Shown: in pieces, positions 18,016 to 28,308 of the stretch
Position numbering within the stretch: the stretch's first letter is position 1
Layout: each line of letters starts with the position of its first letter
Source: Candidatus Heimdallarchaeota archaeon
Lineage (GTDB): Archaea > Asgardarchaeota > Heimdallarchaeia > Heimdallarchaeales > Heimdallarchaeaceae
Direction of reading: 5' to 3'
Length of the DNA: 64,000 nt
NCBI GenBank assembly: GCA_021399395.1
Contig: JAAFKJ010000047.1
Span: forward strand, 657-64,656
Notes under the pieces: model-generated
Database searches by the model: none
What the model saw: only the letters and a program-made list of their open reading frames with translations
Told to the model about the DNA's origin: nothing
Made by a program: the position numbers and the translations under genes

Positions 18016-19727
18016 CAGAAATTGTAAAGAAGAAAATTATTTCCATTATTTATCACAACATGATAAGATAGATCACCTACGTAATAGAAATTTAATAGAT
18101 ACATCAGTTCATCTTGCGTTAGTTGATATGGTAATCCTAACCATTGATCCATAACTGTACCTATCACAAGGTAATCAAGTCCCGTATGTGTTAGATGATG
18201 GCCATTTTCAACCATTGTAAATCTTGAACTCAAAATAATGGGTAAAGTGTAGATATTAATTCCTTTGATAAATTTAGATATCGAAAAAGGTATACTTGCT
18301 CTAGAAGTATTGAAATCAATTAATGAATCCATTGTATTCGCTATGGTTAGGTTTTGATAGTTATTGGTTAGATTATAACTAGGCAGATATTGTTGTCCAA
18401 CATAAGCAATGCTTAGATATGAGTTGAAAACAAGTACGGTAAGGAAAATCATTTTCCAATTATTTTTTAATTTAGGTATCCAATCTGAAATCGCTAGATA
18501 AGCCAAGAATGAAACAAAGATTATTGTGAAAACAAATGTTCTAGGTGCAACCCATGAGAGCTCTGGTTCAGATGAAAACAATAAGGAAAATACAACAGTC
18601 ATTCCATAGAAAAAGAAACCTAGTATAAATAATGATAATTTCAGGGTATTTCTAGAAATTAATGATATGCCACTTAGTACAAAAATAAGCACTAATTCAG
18701 CTGAGATAAACCAGGAAGATAAGCTTGCAGAATATATGAAAAGACCAATCACTTCAACAATTATCAGAGCGGCTATTGTACCTAAATATGCAATTTTCTT
18801 TAAATTAACTCCTTTAGAAGCTTCATTGAGTTTTGTAATAATTTTTGTTTGTGTAATTTTATTTTTGAGTTTTCTAAATTGCGTTTTTATGAACTCTTTT
18901 TGATAAGTTCTTAGATAATAACTAGTAAAAATGAGTATTATCCAGATTGAAAGAAATACAAATTTATTGCCAACAAAGACCTTGAATACATTCTCATAAG
19001 CTGGATTCATGGATAGGAAATAATTCACCTTCTCAAACTCACTAGACCCTAAAATAGTGTTGATTATAATTACAGCTGGAATAGCATAAATTAGAGAGAT
19101 TACTGATTTTATGTCTTTAACTAGAAACAGACTTGCAAATATAATAACTGGAACTAGAAATAGAGCAGAAATATGATGGACTTGCACAGCGACAATTGCT
19201 AGAATACTCGCAATAATCTGAGCTCTGAAGCTTTTAGGCTTACACAGATAAAGATACAAACATAGACTGAACAAGCTAATTCCTAATGAATTTGGTCTTC
19301 CCAAAAACATCTGAATGCCTATCATTGCAGGAAATAATAAGATAAGAGCAAGGTATTGAAACTTCAAGTTATGGGAAATATATCCGTTCTTTTTCTTCTC
19401 TGTATGACGTATAAAAGCTATAATAGTTAGATCAAAAATTAGAATTGGGATAACTATACTAATAAATTCATAAAGAATTTCTGAACTCAATCCAGTCATT
19501 AAAGAAATGCCAGAAGCAAGTAAGTGAAAACCTACAAAGTCATAATATGATGGGGAAATTGAAAACTCAAATATGTGACGATTCTCAATTATAGCATCAA
19601 TATATTGCAAATGAATATATGAATCAAATCCAAACATTCCTAGATTAAAATACAGGATAAGGAAAATTAGAAGAATTTTCCCGAAAATCAAGGTAGGAAC
19701 AAATAAGGATTTTTTAGCCACAATCAC
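18006..19727 (-). CDS. Polytopic membrane protein (at least 12 predicted TM segments), possibly a glycan polymerase or GT-C-like enzyme
   Basis: 573-aa ORF that is hydrophobic throughout with a C-terminal soluble domain. It overlaps the downstream GT4 gene by 10 nt, which suggests an operon. I recognised no diagnostic motif. Confidence 0.5.
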   Translation of the reverse strand: MIVAKKSLFVPTLIFGKILLIFLILYFNLGMFGFDSYIHLQYIDAIIENRHIFEFSISPSYYDFVGFHLLASGISLMTGLSSEILYEFISIVIPILIFDLTIIAFIRHTEKKKNGYISHNLKFQYLALILLFPAMIGIQMFLGRPNSLGISLFSLCLYLYLCKPKSFRAQIIASILAIVAVQVHHISALFLVPVIIFASLFLVKDIKSVISLIYAIPAVIIINTILGSSEFEKVNYFLSMNPAYENVFKVFVGNKFVFLSIWIILIFTSYYLRTYQKEFIKTQFRKLKNKITQTKIITKLNEASKGVNLKKIAYLGTIAALIIVEVIGLFIYSASLSSWFISAELVLIFVLSGISLISRNTLKLSLFILGFFFYGMTVVFSLLFSSEPELSWVAPRTFVFTIIFVSFLAYLAISDWIPKLKNNWKMIFLTVLVFNSYLSIAYVGQQYLPSYNLTNNYQNLTIANTMDSLIDFNTSRASIPFSISKFIKGINIYTLPIILSSRFTMVENGHHLTHTGLDYLVIGTVMDQWLGLPYQLTQDELMYLLNFYYVGDLSYHVVINNGNNFLLYNFWWI

Positions 19728-19809
19728 ACCTAACTGTATTCTTCTAAATAAACTTTTATTGCATTTTCAGGTTCAATTATACTGTATATTCTCTATTAGA
19801 GTTTTAAAG

Positions 19810-20970
19810 TCATTCCATCTTATTCTCTTGTTTCTTTAAAAACTTAAAATTACTACACTGAGTACAGCCTTGATTTTTCAACTGTTCAATAGTCACAAAT
19901 TCTTTATTCTTACCAACAATATACTCGGTCTTACAATTTTTACATAAATAGGTACGAAGAATGGGATTTACATCACCAGTGTACAGCGGTCCTTCAAAAT
20001 TATCTTGAATTAAAGGAGTCGCTGAAGCACCCACAGACAATCTGTACAAGTTAGAAATCCCACCTAACTTCTGTGCGCCTATATATTCGTTAAAACCATG
20101 TAAAATGTTAGTTAACAAGCCGCCCATATCAGTTAAATCCTTTTGAATGGCTAACATTTGTTCTGGGGGTTTACTACCAAAAGAAAGATAGAAAATGCCA
20201 TTTGTCTTTTTCTTGAGTAATTGAATACCACGAGAAACAAACAGCTGCACTCCAGTCTGAGTATATGGTGGATCTGTAATAAAACAATCAAATAGACTGG
20301 AATACTCTTCAGGAAGAGTTTTCCTAAGGTCAAGTTCTATGAACTCGATACTAAGATCTAATTCACTGTTTGCCAAATCAATAATCTCTTTTAATTTTGG
20401 ATCAATATCAAAAACAACGATTCTTGACGAAGAAGGAAGGAACAGAGCCAATGCAATACTGGTTAAATCACTGTCTCCTACAAGTGCATAAGTGCTATAA
20501 AATAAATCATAGTTATGACTCATTGTAAGAACTCGGAGAAGGCTAGTTTGAGGTGTCGCAAACGATTGATCAATAACTGTATTTGGTTGTCCTCTTAGAT
20601 CCGAATACTTTTTGATTATGTCTAATTGTGTTGAGTATCCATCCAGAGGAAAGTGCAAACCAGATTTTGTACAATTTTTACAAGAGAAGTCTACATTTGT
20701 CTTGCTTATCGAAGAAATTATTTCCTGCCCTTGAGATGTTAACACAGTTCCTTTGTTCGTTCTTTTGCACCAACCTAGTTTCTCAAATTCATTTCTTATG
20801 GCAACACATAAAGGAATAGGAAAACTAGCTTTTTGTGATAACTTCTGCATGGGAGAATCAGGAAATCTATCAAGTACTGCGAAGAATTTTACTATTCCAT
20901 TGATACCTTCTTTCAATTTGACCTTATTTTGGACAGCAGAGAATGAATCAAAAATAGTGTCTCTATCCAT
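19810..20970 (-). CDS. DUF43 / BpsA-like aminopropyltransferase (branched-chain polyamine synthase family) with C-terminal zinc ribbon
   Basis: Contains VGDSDLTSIALAL and ITDPPYTQTGVQLFVSRG, characteristic of DUF43/BpsA-type enzymes. It also has an N-terminal wHTH-like region and C-terminal CKNCKTEY...CTQCSN. Confidence 0.6.
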   Translation of the reverse strand: MDRDTIFDSFSAVQNKVKLKEGINGIVKFFAVLDRFPDSPMQKLSQKASFPIPLCVAIRNEFEKLGWCKRTNKGTVLTSQGQEIISSISKTNVDFSCKNCTKSGLHFPLDGYSTQLDIIKKYSDLRGQPNTVIDQSFATPQTSLLRVLTMSHNYDLFYSTYALVGDSDLTSIALALFLPSSSRIVVFDIDPKLKEIIDLANSELDLSIEFIELDLRKTLPEEYSSLFDCFITDPPYTQTGVQLFVSRGIQLLKKKTNGIFYLSFGSKPPEQMLAIQKDLTDMGGLLTNILHGFNEYIGAQKLGGISNLYRLSVGASATPLIQDNFEGPLYTGDVNPILRTYLCKNCKTEYIVGKNKEFVTIEQLKNQGCTQCSNFKFLKKQENKME

Positions 20971-21088
20971 AAATTAAGTTATATAATATATTCAAAAATC
21001 TGATGGATATAGACAAAAACATGCCATTAATGTGATATTGAGCGATAATATTTTTTAAAGAAGAAAATATTGTACGAACAAGAGCGTT

Positions 21089-22351
21089 ATGTTTGATACT
21101 ATAGAAAACTACCCCTATCTTGAATATAAGAACAAAGAACTTCATTTAAATGGAAAAACAATTGATTCCGTTCTTTCAAAAAAAGAAACTCCAATTTTCA
21201 TATTTTTAGAAGAAAGATTTCTGAATAATGCTACTGAATTAGAACAGAATCTCAAAAAGTCCATTCCAAATTTGTTTATATCCTATGCAATTAAAGCAAA
21301 TTACCTAGGTAGAATTTTACATAGTGCTAAGAAAATTGGTTTGGGGATTGAAGTCATGTCACTTTTTGAGCTAAAATTGGCACGCGAAGCTAAAATCCCA
21401 AACAAAGATATCATCTTTAATGGACCCGCTAAAACAACAGAAGAGCTGGAATATGCACTTGGTGAGGGAATCGAGAACATAAATGTCGATTCTATGAATG
21501 AACTGATTCTTATTGAAAAACTAGCTAAGAAAAGAAATATGGTCCAACCCATCACTGTACGTATTCATCCGAAGCTAGATGAAAAAACAGAAAGGAAGAT
21601 GTTAATCAAGAAAAACAGCAAACTTGGAATAGATTACTCAAGAGGAGTAAAGTTATTTGAGTTCGCAAAGAAGAGTGAAAATCTAAATCCAGTAGGAGTT
21701 CATACTCATATTGGGACAAACCTAACTTCTCACAATTTCTACGAAGAGTTATTAGAGTTCATGAATAAATATATTAGTGATCTCGAAAAGAAGCATGGTA
21801 TTTCAATTGAGAACATAAATCTAGGAGGAGGTTTAGCTAGTAAATCCACATTAGACAAGAGTGGATTTCAGATAGCAAAATTAGGCGAACAAATTTCTTC
21901 ACATATATCTAACATTGAAGATAAAACGATCATCTTTGAACCTGGAAGATACTTAATAGAAGATAGTTTCGTTGCTATCACTAAAGTCCTTAGAACAAAG
22001 AAATCTTGGGGAAGGAAATGGGCTTTCACCGATATAGGAGCTAATTCATTAATCCCTATGAGATATACTCATTACAAAGTTATTCCTCAGAATTTCAAAG
22101 GAAAAGGTCAATATACAAATATCGGAGGCCCTTTGTGTTTACCCGTAGATGTATTGACTGATGAATCTGTAGACTTTGAAATAGAGGAAGAGGATCTTTT
22201 AATGGTTTTAAACTGTGGAGCCTATACTATTTCAATGAGTGAACAATTCGGATATCCAAGGCCTGCGGTTTATGCTTTGAATCAAGAGAAAGAGTTGGAA
22301 TTAATCAAACCAGCTGATGACATAGATAAAATGGTAAGAGAATCTTTTTAG
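21089..22351 (+). CDS. PLP-dependent decarboxylase, Orn/Lys/Arg/DAP (fold-type III) family
   Basis: Contains the PLP-lysine motif SYAIKANY, then NLGGGL, EPGRYL and CGAYT. Substrate cannot be assigned from sequence alone. Confidence 0.85.
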   Translation: MFDTIENYPYLEYKNKELHLNGKTIDSVLSKKETPIFIFLEERFLNNATELEQNLKKSIPNLFISYAIKANYLGRILHSAKKIGLGIEVMSLFELKLAREAKIPNKDIIFNGPAKTTEELEYALGEGIENINVDSMNELILIEKLAKKRNMVQPITVRIHPKLDEKTERKMLIKKNSKLGIDYSRGVKLFEFAKKSENLNPVGVHTHIGTNLTSHNFYEELLEFMNKYISDLEKKHGISIENINLGGGLASKSTLDKSGFQIAKLGEQISSHISNIEDKTIIFEPGRYLIEDSFVAITKVLRTKKSWGRKWAFTDIGANSLIPMRYTHYKVIPQNFKGKGQYTNIGGPLCLPVDVLTDESVDFEIEEEDLLMVLNCGAYTISMSEQFGYPRPAVYALNQEKELELIKPADDIDKMVRESF

Positions 22352-22359
22352 GGGAAAAC

Positions 22360-22887
22360 ATGAAGAAGCCTTCTGATAGTCTAGAAATTTGTTCGAAACA
22401 TTGCGGGAGTAAATGTTGTAGAAGCACACCTCCAGCATTAACCAAAGAGGATATTGACAGAATAGAAGAAAAAACTAACATTGAGAATTGGTACACTACA
22501 ATTGAGTTTAATCAAAAAACTGCAAATGTTGTTGCCAAAAAAAATGATACAGATGATTGTTTTTTTCTATCAGATAATGGGTTGTGTGGTGTTTACGATT
22601 ACAGACCACTAGATTGCAAGTTATTTCCTTTATTTGTACAAATCAAAAAACAAGGTGAGAAAGAGTATAATGTTAGATGGTTGGTTTGGTACTGTCCTTT
22701 AACCGAGAATAAAGGGATAGAGGTTCTGAAAGTAGAATCAGAGAAACTTTTGATATCAATTTTATCGGAAAATCCAGATCAAATATTTGATTATCAAGAA
22801 GCAATGTATACTTCAAGAGGTTACAAAAAGAAACACTTCTTTAAGGAAGAATGTTTAAAGATACAAAAGAGTGATTCAGAATCATGA
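22360..22887 (+). CDS. YkgJ/UPF0153-like cysteine-cluster protein
   Basis: Contains an N-terminal CSKHCGSKCC cluster and CFFLSDNGLCGVYDYRPLDCKLFP. The stop overlaps the next gene's ATG (ATGA). Confidence 0.7.
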   Translation: MKKPSDSLEICSKHCGSKCCRSTPPALTKEDIDRIEEKTNIENWYTTIEFNQKTANVVAKKNDTDDCFFLSDNGLCGVYDYRPLDCKLFPLFVQIKKQGEKEYNVRWLVWYCPLTENKGIEVLKVESEKLLISILSENPDQIFDYQEAMYTSRGYKKKHFFKEECLKIQKSDSES

Positions 22888-23873
22888 CCACAATCTCCCT
22901 TATAATTCCAACTTACAATAATGCCTCCACTTTGAGAGCTTGTTTAGATTCTGTAAAAAAACAAACACTAACTCCAACAGAAATAATCATCGCTGATGGT
23001 CATTCAAGTGATGACACTGTCAATATTGCAAAGGAATTTGGCTGTAAAATAGTATACGAAGAAGGGGGAACAAGAGCTGCTGCATGTAATGTAGCGCTTG
23101 AAAAAGCCGAAGGAGAATTGATAGCTTTTACAGATTCTGATGTAATTGCTAAAGAAGATTGGCTGGAAAAACTTGTATCTACTCTAGACACAATAGAATA
23201 CGAAAATGTTGTTTGCATAACAGGACCAAATATTGAATATCCTAATGAGAGTTTGTTCGGAAAAGCTGTCACTGCGATTTACAATACCTTTCTAGGAGGA
23301 GGCTGGTCAGAGCAAGCTAGAAGCATATTTAACAAAGAGGGTAGATTTGTTGAAAGTGCTGCGGGGTGTAATGTACTATATAGAAGAGAAGCATTGAATG
23401 AAGTTCTTCCATTTGATGAAGATTTATTAACTGCGGAAGATACTGACATCAATTTCAAACTTCTGAAAAGAGGGTTCAAACTTTACTTTACCCCAGAAGC
23501 AATTGTTTATCATCAACGTCCTCAAAATCACAAATCATTCCGTTCTAAGTCAAAGAAATATGCAATAGGAAAAATTCAGTTTTTCAAAGAGCATAAAACA
23601 GGTCTTGAGCTATGGCATTTATTACCATCTTTCTATTTTATAACTGGAATCTTTCTAATTTTTGGTTTGTTTGCTAGCCTTTGGATCTGGATTGGTATTG
23701 TAGCATATTTTGGTTTTTATCTTTTAGTAATAATATTAGCTTCTTTGATTCAAGCTATAAAGTTCAGACAGTGGAAGTTTATCTTCTTATTACCTATCAT
23801 GTTCATTGAAGGTCATATATCATGGAGTATTGGAATACTGAAAGAAATTTTCCTTCCAATGAAAAGAGAGTGA
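22884..23873 (+). CDS. Glycosyltransferase family 2 (GT-A) with C-terminal TM segments
   Basis: Contains IIPTYNNASTLRACLDSV and the DxD motif FTDSDVIA, plus a hydrophobic C-terminal third. Confidence 0.85.
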   Translation: MTTISLIIPTYNNASTLRACLDSVKKQTLTPTEIIIADGHSSDDTVNIAKEFGCKIVYEEGGTRAAACNVALEKAEGELIAFTDSDVIAKEDWLEKLVSTLDTIEYENVVCITGPNIEYPNESLFGKAVTAIYNTFLGGGWSEQARSIFNKEGRFVESAAGCNVLYRREALNEVLPFDEDLLTAEDTDINFKLLKRGFKLYFTPEAIVYHQRPQNHKSFRSKSKKYAIGKIQFFKEHKTGLELWHLLPSFYFITGIFLIFGLFASLWIWIGIVAYFGFYLLVIILASLIQAIKFRQWKFIFLLPIMFIEGHISWSIGILKEIFLPMKRE

Positions 23874-23878
23874 AATAG

Positions 23879-25096
23879 ATGTCCTTAAACATAGCAATGA
23901 TTTTCGAATTAGGTCCTCACGATGATGGCTTAATCGGAGGTGGTGTAGAACTTCATGCGTTAAACCTTTCAAAGGCACTTGTTAAAAGAGGACATAAAGT
24001 GACATATATCACAGGTTCCATACCCAATAATGAGAATAAAACAAATATTGAAGGGGTGGAGATTAAAAGAGTTGATCTTTTATCTATTATAAAACGAGGT
24101 TATAACGCTCAAGAATTAAAATTTTCTCGGCAATTCTTTTTCTTGTTGAAAAACACATTACCAATATTGAGAAGAGAGATAGATAGTAAAGCGTATGATC
24201 TCTTTCATGGTCATGTTTATTCTTCAGGTTTAGTAGCGACGGCTTTAGGAAAGAGAAATCAAAAGATAATTATCAACACAATGCATGGATCCTACTATAA
24301 ATATTGGAGTCAGTTGGTAAAGAATCGAATCAAGGCTGGATTCTATAGAGGAATGGAAAGAAAACTAGCTCCATATTTAGCAAAAAAGGCTCATTGTCAG
24401 ATTCATACAGATTATGATTATGCTCAGATAGTTAAAAACTGGTGTAAAGAAGAAACAAAAACTAAAATCCATACGGTGTTAAATGGAGTTGATATAGAAA
24501 AGTTTCATCCCGAAATATCTCCTGAAACTAGTATTATAGAAGAGGATGGACCAATCATTATGACTACCAGAAGATTAGTAGTGAAGAATGGTGTGATTCA
24601 CTTAGTTAGAGGTTTTGAAAAAATCTTAAAGAAACACTCATCGGCAAAACTACTGATTGTAGGTGATGGTCCAGAAAGGTCCCCCATTGAGAGAGAAATA
24701 AAACAAAGAGAATTATCTAGTAGTGTTAAATTAACAGGGATGGTCCCCAATGACAAAATACCTTCATATTTGGCCCTAGCTGATGTAGTTGTTGTGCCAA
24801 GCATAGTTGAAGCATCTAGCATAAGTGTACTTGAAGCGATGGCAATGAGAAAGGCGATAGTAGCTTCAGACATTCCAGGTATTAGGGAAATAACAAACCA
24901 AGGAAAAAATTGTGTGTTAGTCCCGCCTAAAGACCCCAAAGCTTTAGCAGATGGTGTGATAAAACTATTGGATTCAAAAGAACGTGCAATTAAATTAGCA
25001 AAATTAGCTTATGATAATGCAGTTAAAGACTTCAGTTGGGAGAAAAAAGCACAAGAAATAGAAGCCCTCTATTTGAGAGAGCTTGATAGGAGTTGA
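23879..25096 (+). CDS. Glycosyltransferase family 4
   Basis: 405-aa ORF with the EX7E motif EASSISVLEAMAMRKAIV. Confidence 0.85.
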   Translation: MSLNIAMIFELGPHDDGLIGGGVELHALNLSKALVKRGHKVTYITGSIPNNENKTNIEGVEIKRVDLLSIIKRGYNAQELKFSRQFFFLLKNTLPILRREIDSKAYDLFHGHVYSSGLVATALGKRNQKIIINTMHGSYYKYWSQLVKNRIKAGFYRGMERKLAPYLAKKAHCQIHTDYDYAQIVKNWCKEETKTKIHTVLNGVDIEKFHPEISPETSIIEEDGPIIMTTRRLVVKNGVIHLVRGFEKILKKHSSAKLLIVGDGPERSPIEREIKQRELSSSVKLTGMVPNDKIPSYLALADVVVVPSIVEASSISVLEAMAMRKAIVASDIPGIREITNQGKNCVLVPPKDPKALADGVIKLLDSKERAIKLAKLAYDNAVKDFSWEKKAQEIEALYLRELDRS

Positions 25097-25103
25097 CTTG
25101 GAA

Positions 25104-25988
25104 ATGGAGACGAGTTTTTGTTTTAGAGTAGATATAGACACTTGGGAAGGATTACATAAAGGAATTCCGGAATGCTTGAGACTCTCTAAGGAAAATTCAT
25201 TTCCGTTTACATATTATTTGAGTTTAGGAAAATATGCAACGGGTAGGAATCTCTTTCGAATTATAAAGAAGAATGAGCCCATTAGAAGAAATATTCCAAT
25301 ATGGAAAAGAAATCATTGGAAAGATCTATTCCGTGGCATTTTACTTCCACCTAAAAAAATAGGAAGTAATACAATAAAGATACTTCAAGAATATCAGGCA
25401 AATGAACATACTGAGTTTCATTCTCATGGGTATAATCATGTGCATTGGGCAAATTCATTTGATCATTTCAGTGAAAATGAAACTTCTAATTATCTTGATT
25501 TGATGAAAACAGAATATACTAAGATTTTTGGAAAAGAACCTCAAGCTAATGCTGCACCCAATTTCAAAGTAAACCCTTTCTACTTGGCAATATTATCATC
25601 AAAGCAATTCAAATTCGCTTCAGATTTTGTTTATCATTCACCCTTTTTACTTTCTTCCAGTGATAAGAGTAAAAAAACAGAAGAATCTATAGTACAGTTA
25701 CCTGTTACTGAGGAAACAATTGAAAGTTTAGTGATGCAAGGTAAAAATAAAAGTGAAATTATTGAGTACTACAAACAAAGGTTTCAGAAACAAATTGATA
25801 ATGGTATTTCTTATGTGTGTTTGTATATTCATGCAATATATGAACCATTAAAGCTATATTCTATTATTGAGGACATAATCAAATTAACTGAACAATATGA
25901 CATGAAACCTCTAACACACTTAGAATATTATAATCAAAGAAAACAATATCCAACAATCAAAATCAAGAACATCTTACCGGAGATATAA
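25104..25988 (+). CDS. Polysaccharide deacetylase-like (CE4/ArnD-like) protein
   Basis: Contains FRVDIDT and HSHGYNHVHW motifs resembling CE4 metal-binding motifs. I chose ATG 25104, which has GGAG upstream. The ORF track starts at TTG 25083. Confidence 0.55.
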   Translation: METSFCFRVDIDTWEGLHKGIPECLRLSKENSFPFTYYLSLGKYATGRNLFRIIKKNEPIRRNIPIWKRNHWKDLFRGILLPPKKIGSNTIKILQEYQANEHTEFHSHGYNHVHWANSFDHFSENETSNYLDLMKTEYTKIFGKEPQANAAPNFKVNPFYLAILSSKQFKFASDFVYHSPFLLSSSDKSKKTEESIVQLPVTEETIESLVMQGKNKSEIIEYYKQRFQKQIDNGISYVCLYIHAIYEPLKLYSIIEDIIKLTEQYDMKPLTHLEYYNQRKQYPTIKIKNILPEI

Positions 25989-25991
25989 CAT

Positions 25992-27140
25992 ATGAATAAA
26001 AACACATCGTGCATACTCACTCAAGAATATAAAAGAGGAGCTACATGGATTTACAGTGAAGAGTTAGCTAAAGCAATTAAGAGACAAAGTGACTGGAATC
26101 CTGTTTTAGTTACAGCATTAAGGGATGAAAAACTTACCCCTAAACCTGAAAAATCAGAGATTGAAATTGAATTTATAAATACAATTTCGTCAAGATTTTT
26201 CTATTCTAATAGTTATTGGAGAGGAACTGGTTCTGTTGTTGAAGCAATAAAACCGTCAATTATACACGGTAATCTCCCTATGCTATCCACTCGAAAAATA
26301 AAAACAAACAAACCCATAGTTGAAACAGTTCATACAACATTTTATGGAGAACAAAAATCTATTATCCAAGAACCATCAGTTACATTGAACTGGGTCGAAA
26401 GAAGATTGTTATTGGCTTTTCCCTTTTTGCAAAGAATTGAAACTAAGCTTATGAAACAAGCTGATCATCTTATTGCCGTTAGCGAACCTATTAAACAGGA
26501 AATAATGGAAAACTATCCAATTGAAGATTCTAAGATTTCTGTTATACCAAATGGGGTGGATATAACAAAATATACTAAAGATGAGAACAAAATTTACGAG
26601 AAAAATGATGATGAGTTTGTTTTAGGATTTCTGGGAAGGATGATGATTAGAAAAGGTTCTGAATTACTTGCTCCATTATTAAAGAGAGTAAAGGATGTGA
26701 ATCCAAATGTCAAATTACTGTTCGCTGGAGATGATCTGAAACAGAAAAAGAATTTTGCTAGAACATTGAAGAATTATGATCTTACAGAGTCAGTTGTAGA
26801 TTTAGGTTATATTGATGACAATATGAAAAATAGTTTCTTCAGCTCTGTCGATTTGTTCTTACTTCCTTCAAACTATGAAGGCATGAACCTAACTTTGCTT
26901 GAAGCGTTATCATGTCAAACACCTATTCTAGCTGCACCTGAAGCAGTTACATTTGAACATGATGATACAATTTTCACAGCACAGCGAAACGTTAAATCTT
27001 TTGCAGATAAGATAGTTGAGTTAATGGAAAATAAACAATTACTATCCTCAATAGCAAAGAAATCTAGAGGGATAGCTGAAAAATACACTTGGGATAACAC
27101 TGCTGAACAAACCCTTGAAGTCTATGAAAAACTCTTATGA
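25992..27140 (+). CDS. Glycosyltransferase family 4
   Basis: 382-aa ORF with the EX7E motif EGMNLTLLEALSCQTPIL. Confidence 0.8.
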   Translation: MNKNTSCILTQEYKRGATWIYSEELAKAIKRQSDWNPVLVTALRDEKLTPKPEKSEIEIEFINTISSRFFYSNSYWRGTGSVVEAIKPSIIHGNLPMLSTRKIKTNKPIVETVHTTFYGEQKSIIQEPSVTLNWVERRLLLAFPFLQRIETKLMKQADHLIAVSEPIKQEIMENYPIEDSKISVIPNGVDITKYTKDENKIYEKNDDEFVLGFLGRMMIRKGSELLAPLLKRVKDVNPNVKLLFAGDDLKQKKNFARTLKNYDLTESVVDLGYIDDNMKNSFFSSVDLFLLPSNYEGMNLTLLEALSCQTPILAAPEAVTFEHDDTIFTAQRNVKSFADKIVELMENKQLLSSIAKKSRGIAEKYTWDNTAEQTLEVYEKLL

Positions 27141-28223
27141 TTCATCTATATTTTGACTAGATTTCTTCTTTTTCCTTTCTTCTTTCTTTGCTATCTTTCT
27201 TTGTTTTCTTTCTTGTTTTACTTCTTTTGTTTCAGCAAGAGGGAGAATATACATCCAGAAAATAGGAAGCCAAATAATTAAAATTACATACCCTAGGTAA
27301 TTGTGTACTGGTCCAGCAATTGAGCCACCTTGATAGTAATATAATGAGATGATAATCATAATTCTAATCAGATTCATGATATAAGTTCCAATAATACCAA
27401 GCAGAGTTACTAAAATTGTTTTATAATTCCATTGAAGTCGCTTACGTGCTTCAAAAAGCATAAGAAGGAATACAGCTGCAAAAACAGTTAGAGAATGTAT
27501 ACCACTACAAGCAGCATCAACATAGAGAGAACCTTGCCCACTGGGGGCATTGGAAAAAATAATTCTAATCATCCATTTTGTGTCAATTAGGTTGCGTAGT
27601 TCAAACGGTGAGCTAAGGAAAAATGTAGTTCGATTTACTCCCGCTAATTGTGTATATGTATAGAAGGGTACCCAACTAACATCCAGTAAATTCACTCCAA
27701 AAGCCATAACAATTGAAGAAGTAATGACACCAGTTGACCTTGTTAACCATTTTGCTAGGGTTGTACTAAACAATAGTTCAGAAATATCAGTAAATATGAA
27801 AATGTAGAAAATAGTAGTTAACACTACAACATATATTCCTGGAGAGCGATACTTCTTGAAAAATGGATCATCCCAAGTTATATAGAAGACCAGAATTGTA
27901 GCGAGTACCAAACCTATTGGAACAAGAGTAGCCCGTAATGCTTTATTTTCTGCTTCAGGATATGTTTCATACAGAACATAAAGTGTAACAACTAAACCAA
28001 AAAGGATTGCAGAAAGAGTATATCTTACATATTTATTTTTAAGAGGAAGAATAATTGGTTCAAGTTTCGAATAAGTTTTAGACGAGAAAGTAGAGAGATC
28101 CTCTTTTGATTTAGAAACGAATCTAGATAGTTTTGTTTGAGGTTTATCATCAGATGATTCCTCAGTTGAAGTTTTCACTTCTTTACTATCTTTAGAATCA
28201 ACCTCATCTGCCATTTGAATCAA
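27135..28223 (-). CDS. Archaeosortase/exosortase family transpeptidase-like membrane protein
   Basis: 362-aa polytopic membrane protein with the family's Cys-Arg-His signature in the expected order: VDAACSGIHS, MNLIRIM, then GPVHNYLG. It also has a roughly 60-aa hydrophilic N-terminal extension and a Lys/Glu-rich C-terminal tail. Confidence 0.65.
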   Translation of the reverse strand: MIQMADEVDSKDSKEVKTSTEESSDDKPQTKLSRFVSKSKEDLSTFSSKTYSKLEPIILPLKNKYVRYTLSAILFGLVVTLYVLYETYPEAENKALRATLVPIGLVLATILVFYITWDDPFFKKYRSPGIYVVVLTTIFYIFIFTDISELLFSTTLAKWLTRSTGVITSSIVMAFGVNLLDVSWVPFYTYTQLAGVNRTTFFLSSPFELRNLIDTKWMIRIIFSNAPSGQGSLYVDAACSGIHSLTVFAAVFLLMLFEARKRLQWNYKTILVTLLGIIGTYIMNLIRIMIIISLYYYQGGSIAGPVHNYLGYVILIIWLPIFWMYILPLAETKEVKQERKQRKIAKKEERKKKKSSQNIDES

Positions 28224-28308
28224 CTATTTATTACTAAAAATTAAAGTTCCCCATTTGTTAAACCTAACGTTTCTTCAAATGGAAATTAAGCATTGAAATG
28301 AGATGAAC

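Noticed and set aside
18006-19727. The polytopic membrane protein as AglB/STT3 oligosaccharyltransferase, which would partner the ribophorin-like gene.
   Set aside because: It has no WWDYG or DK/MI motifs and is only 573 aa. The C-terminal soluble domain is too small.
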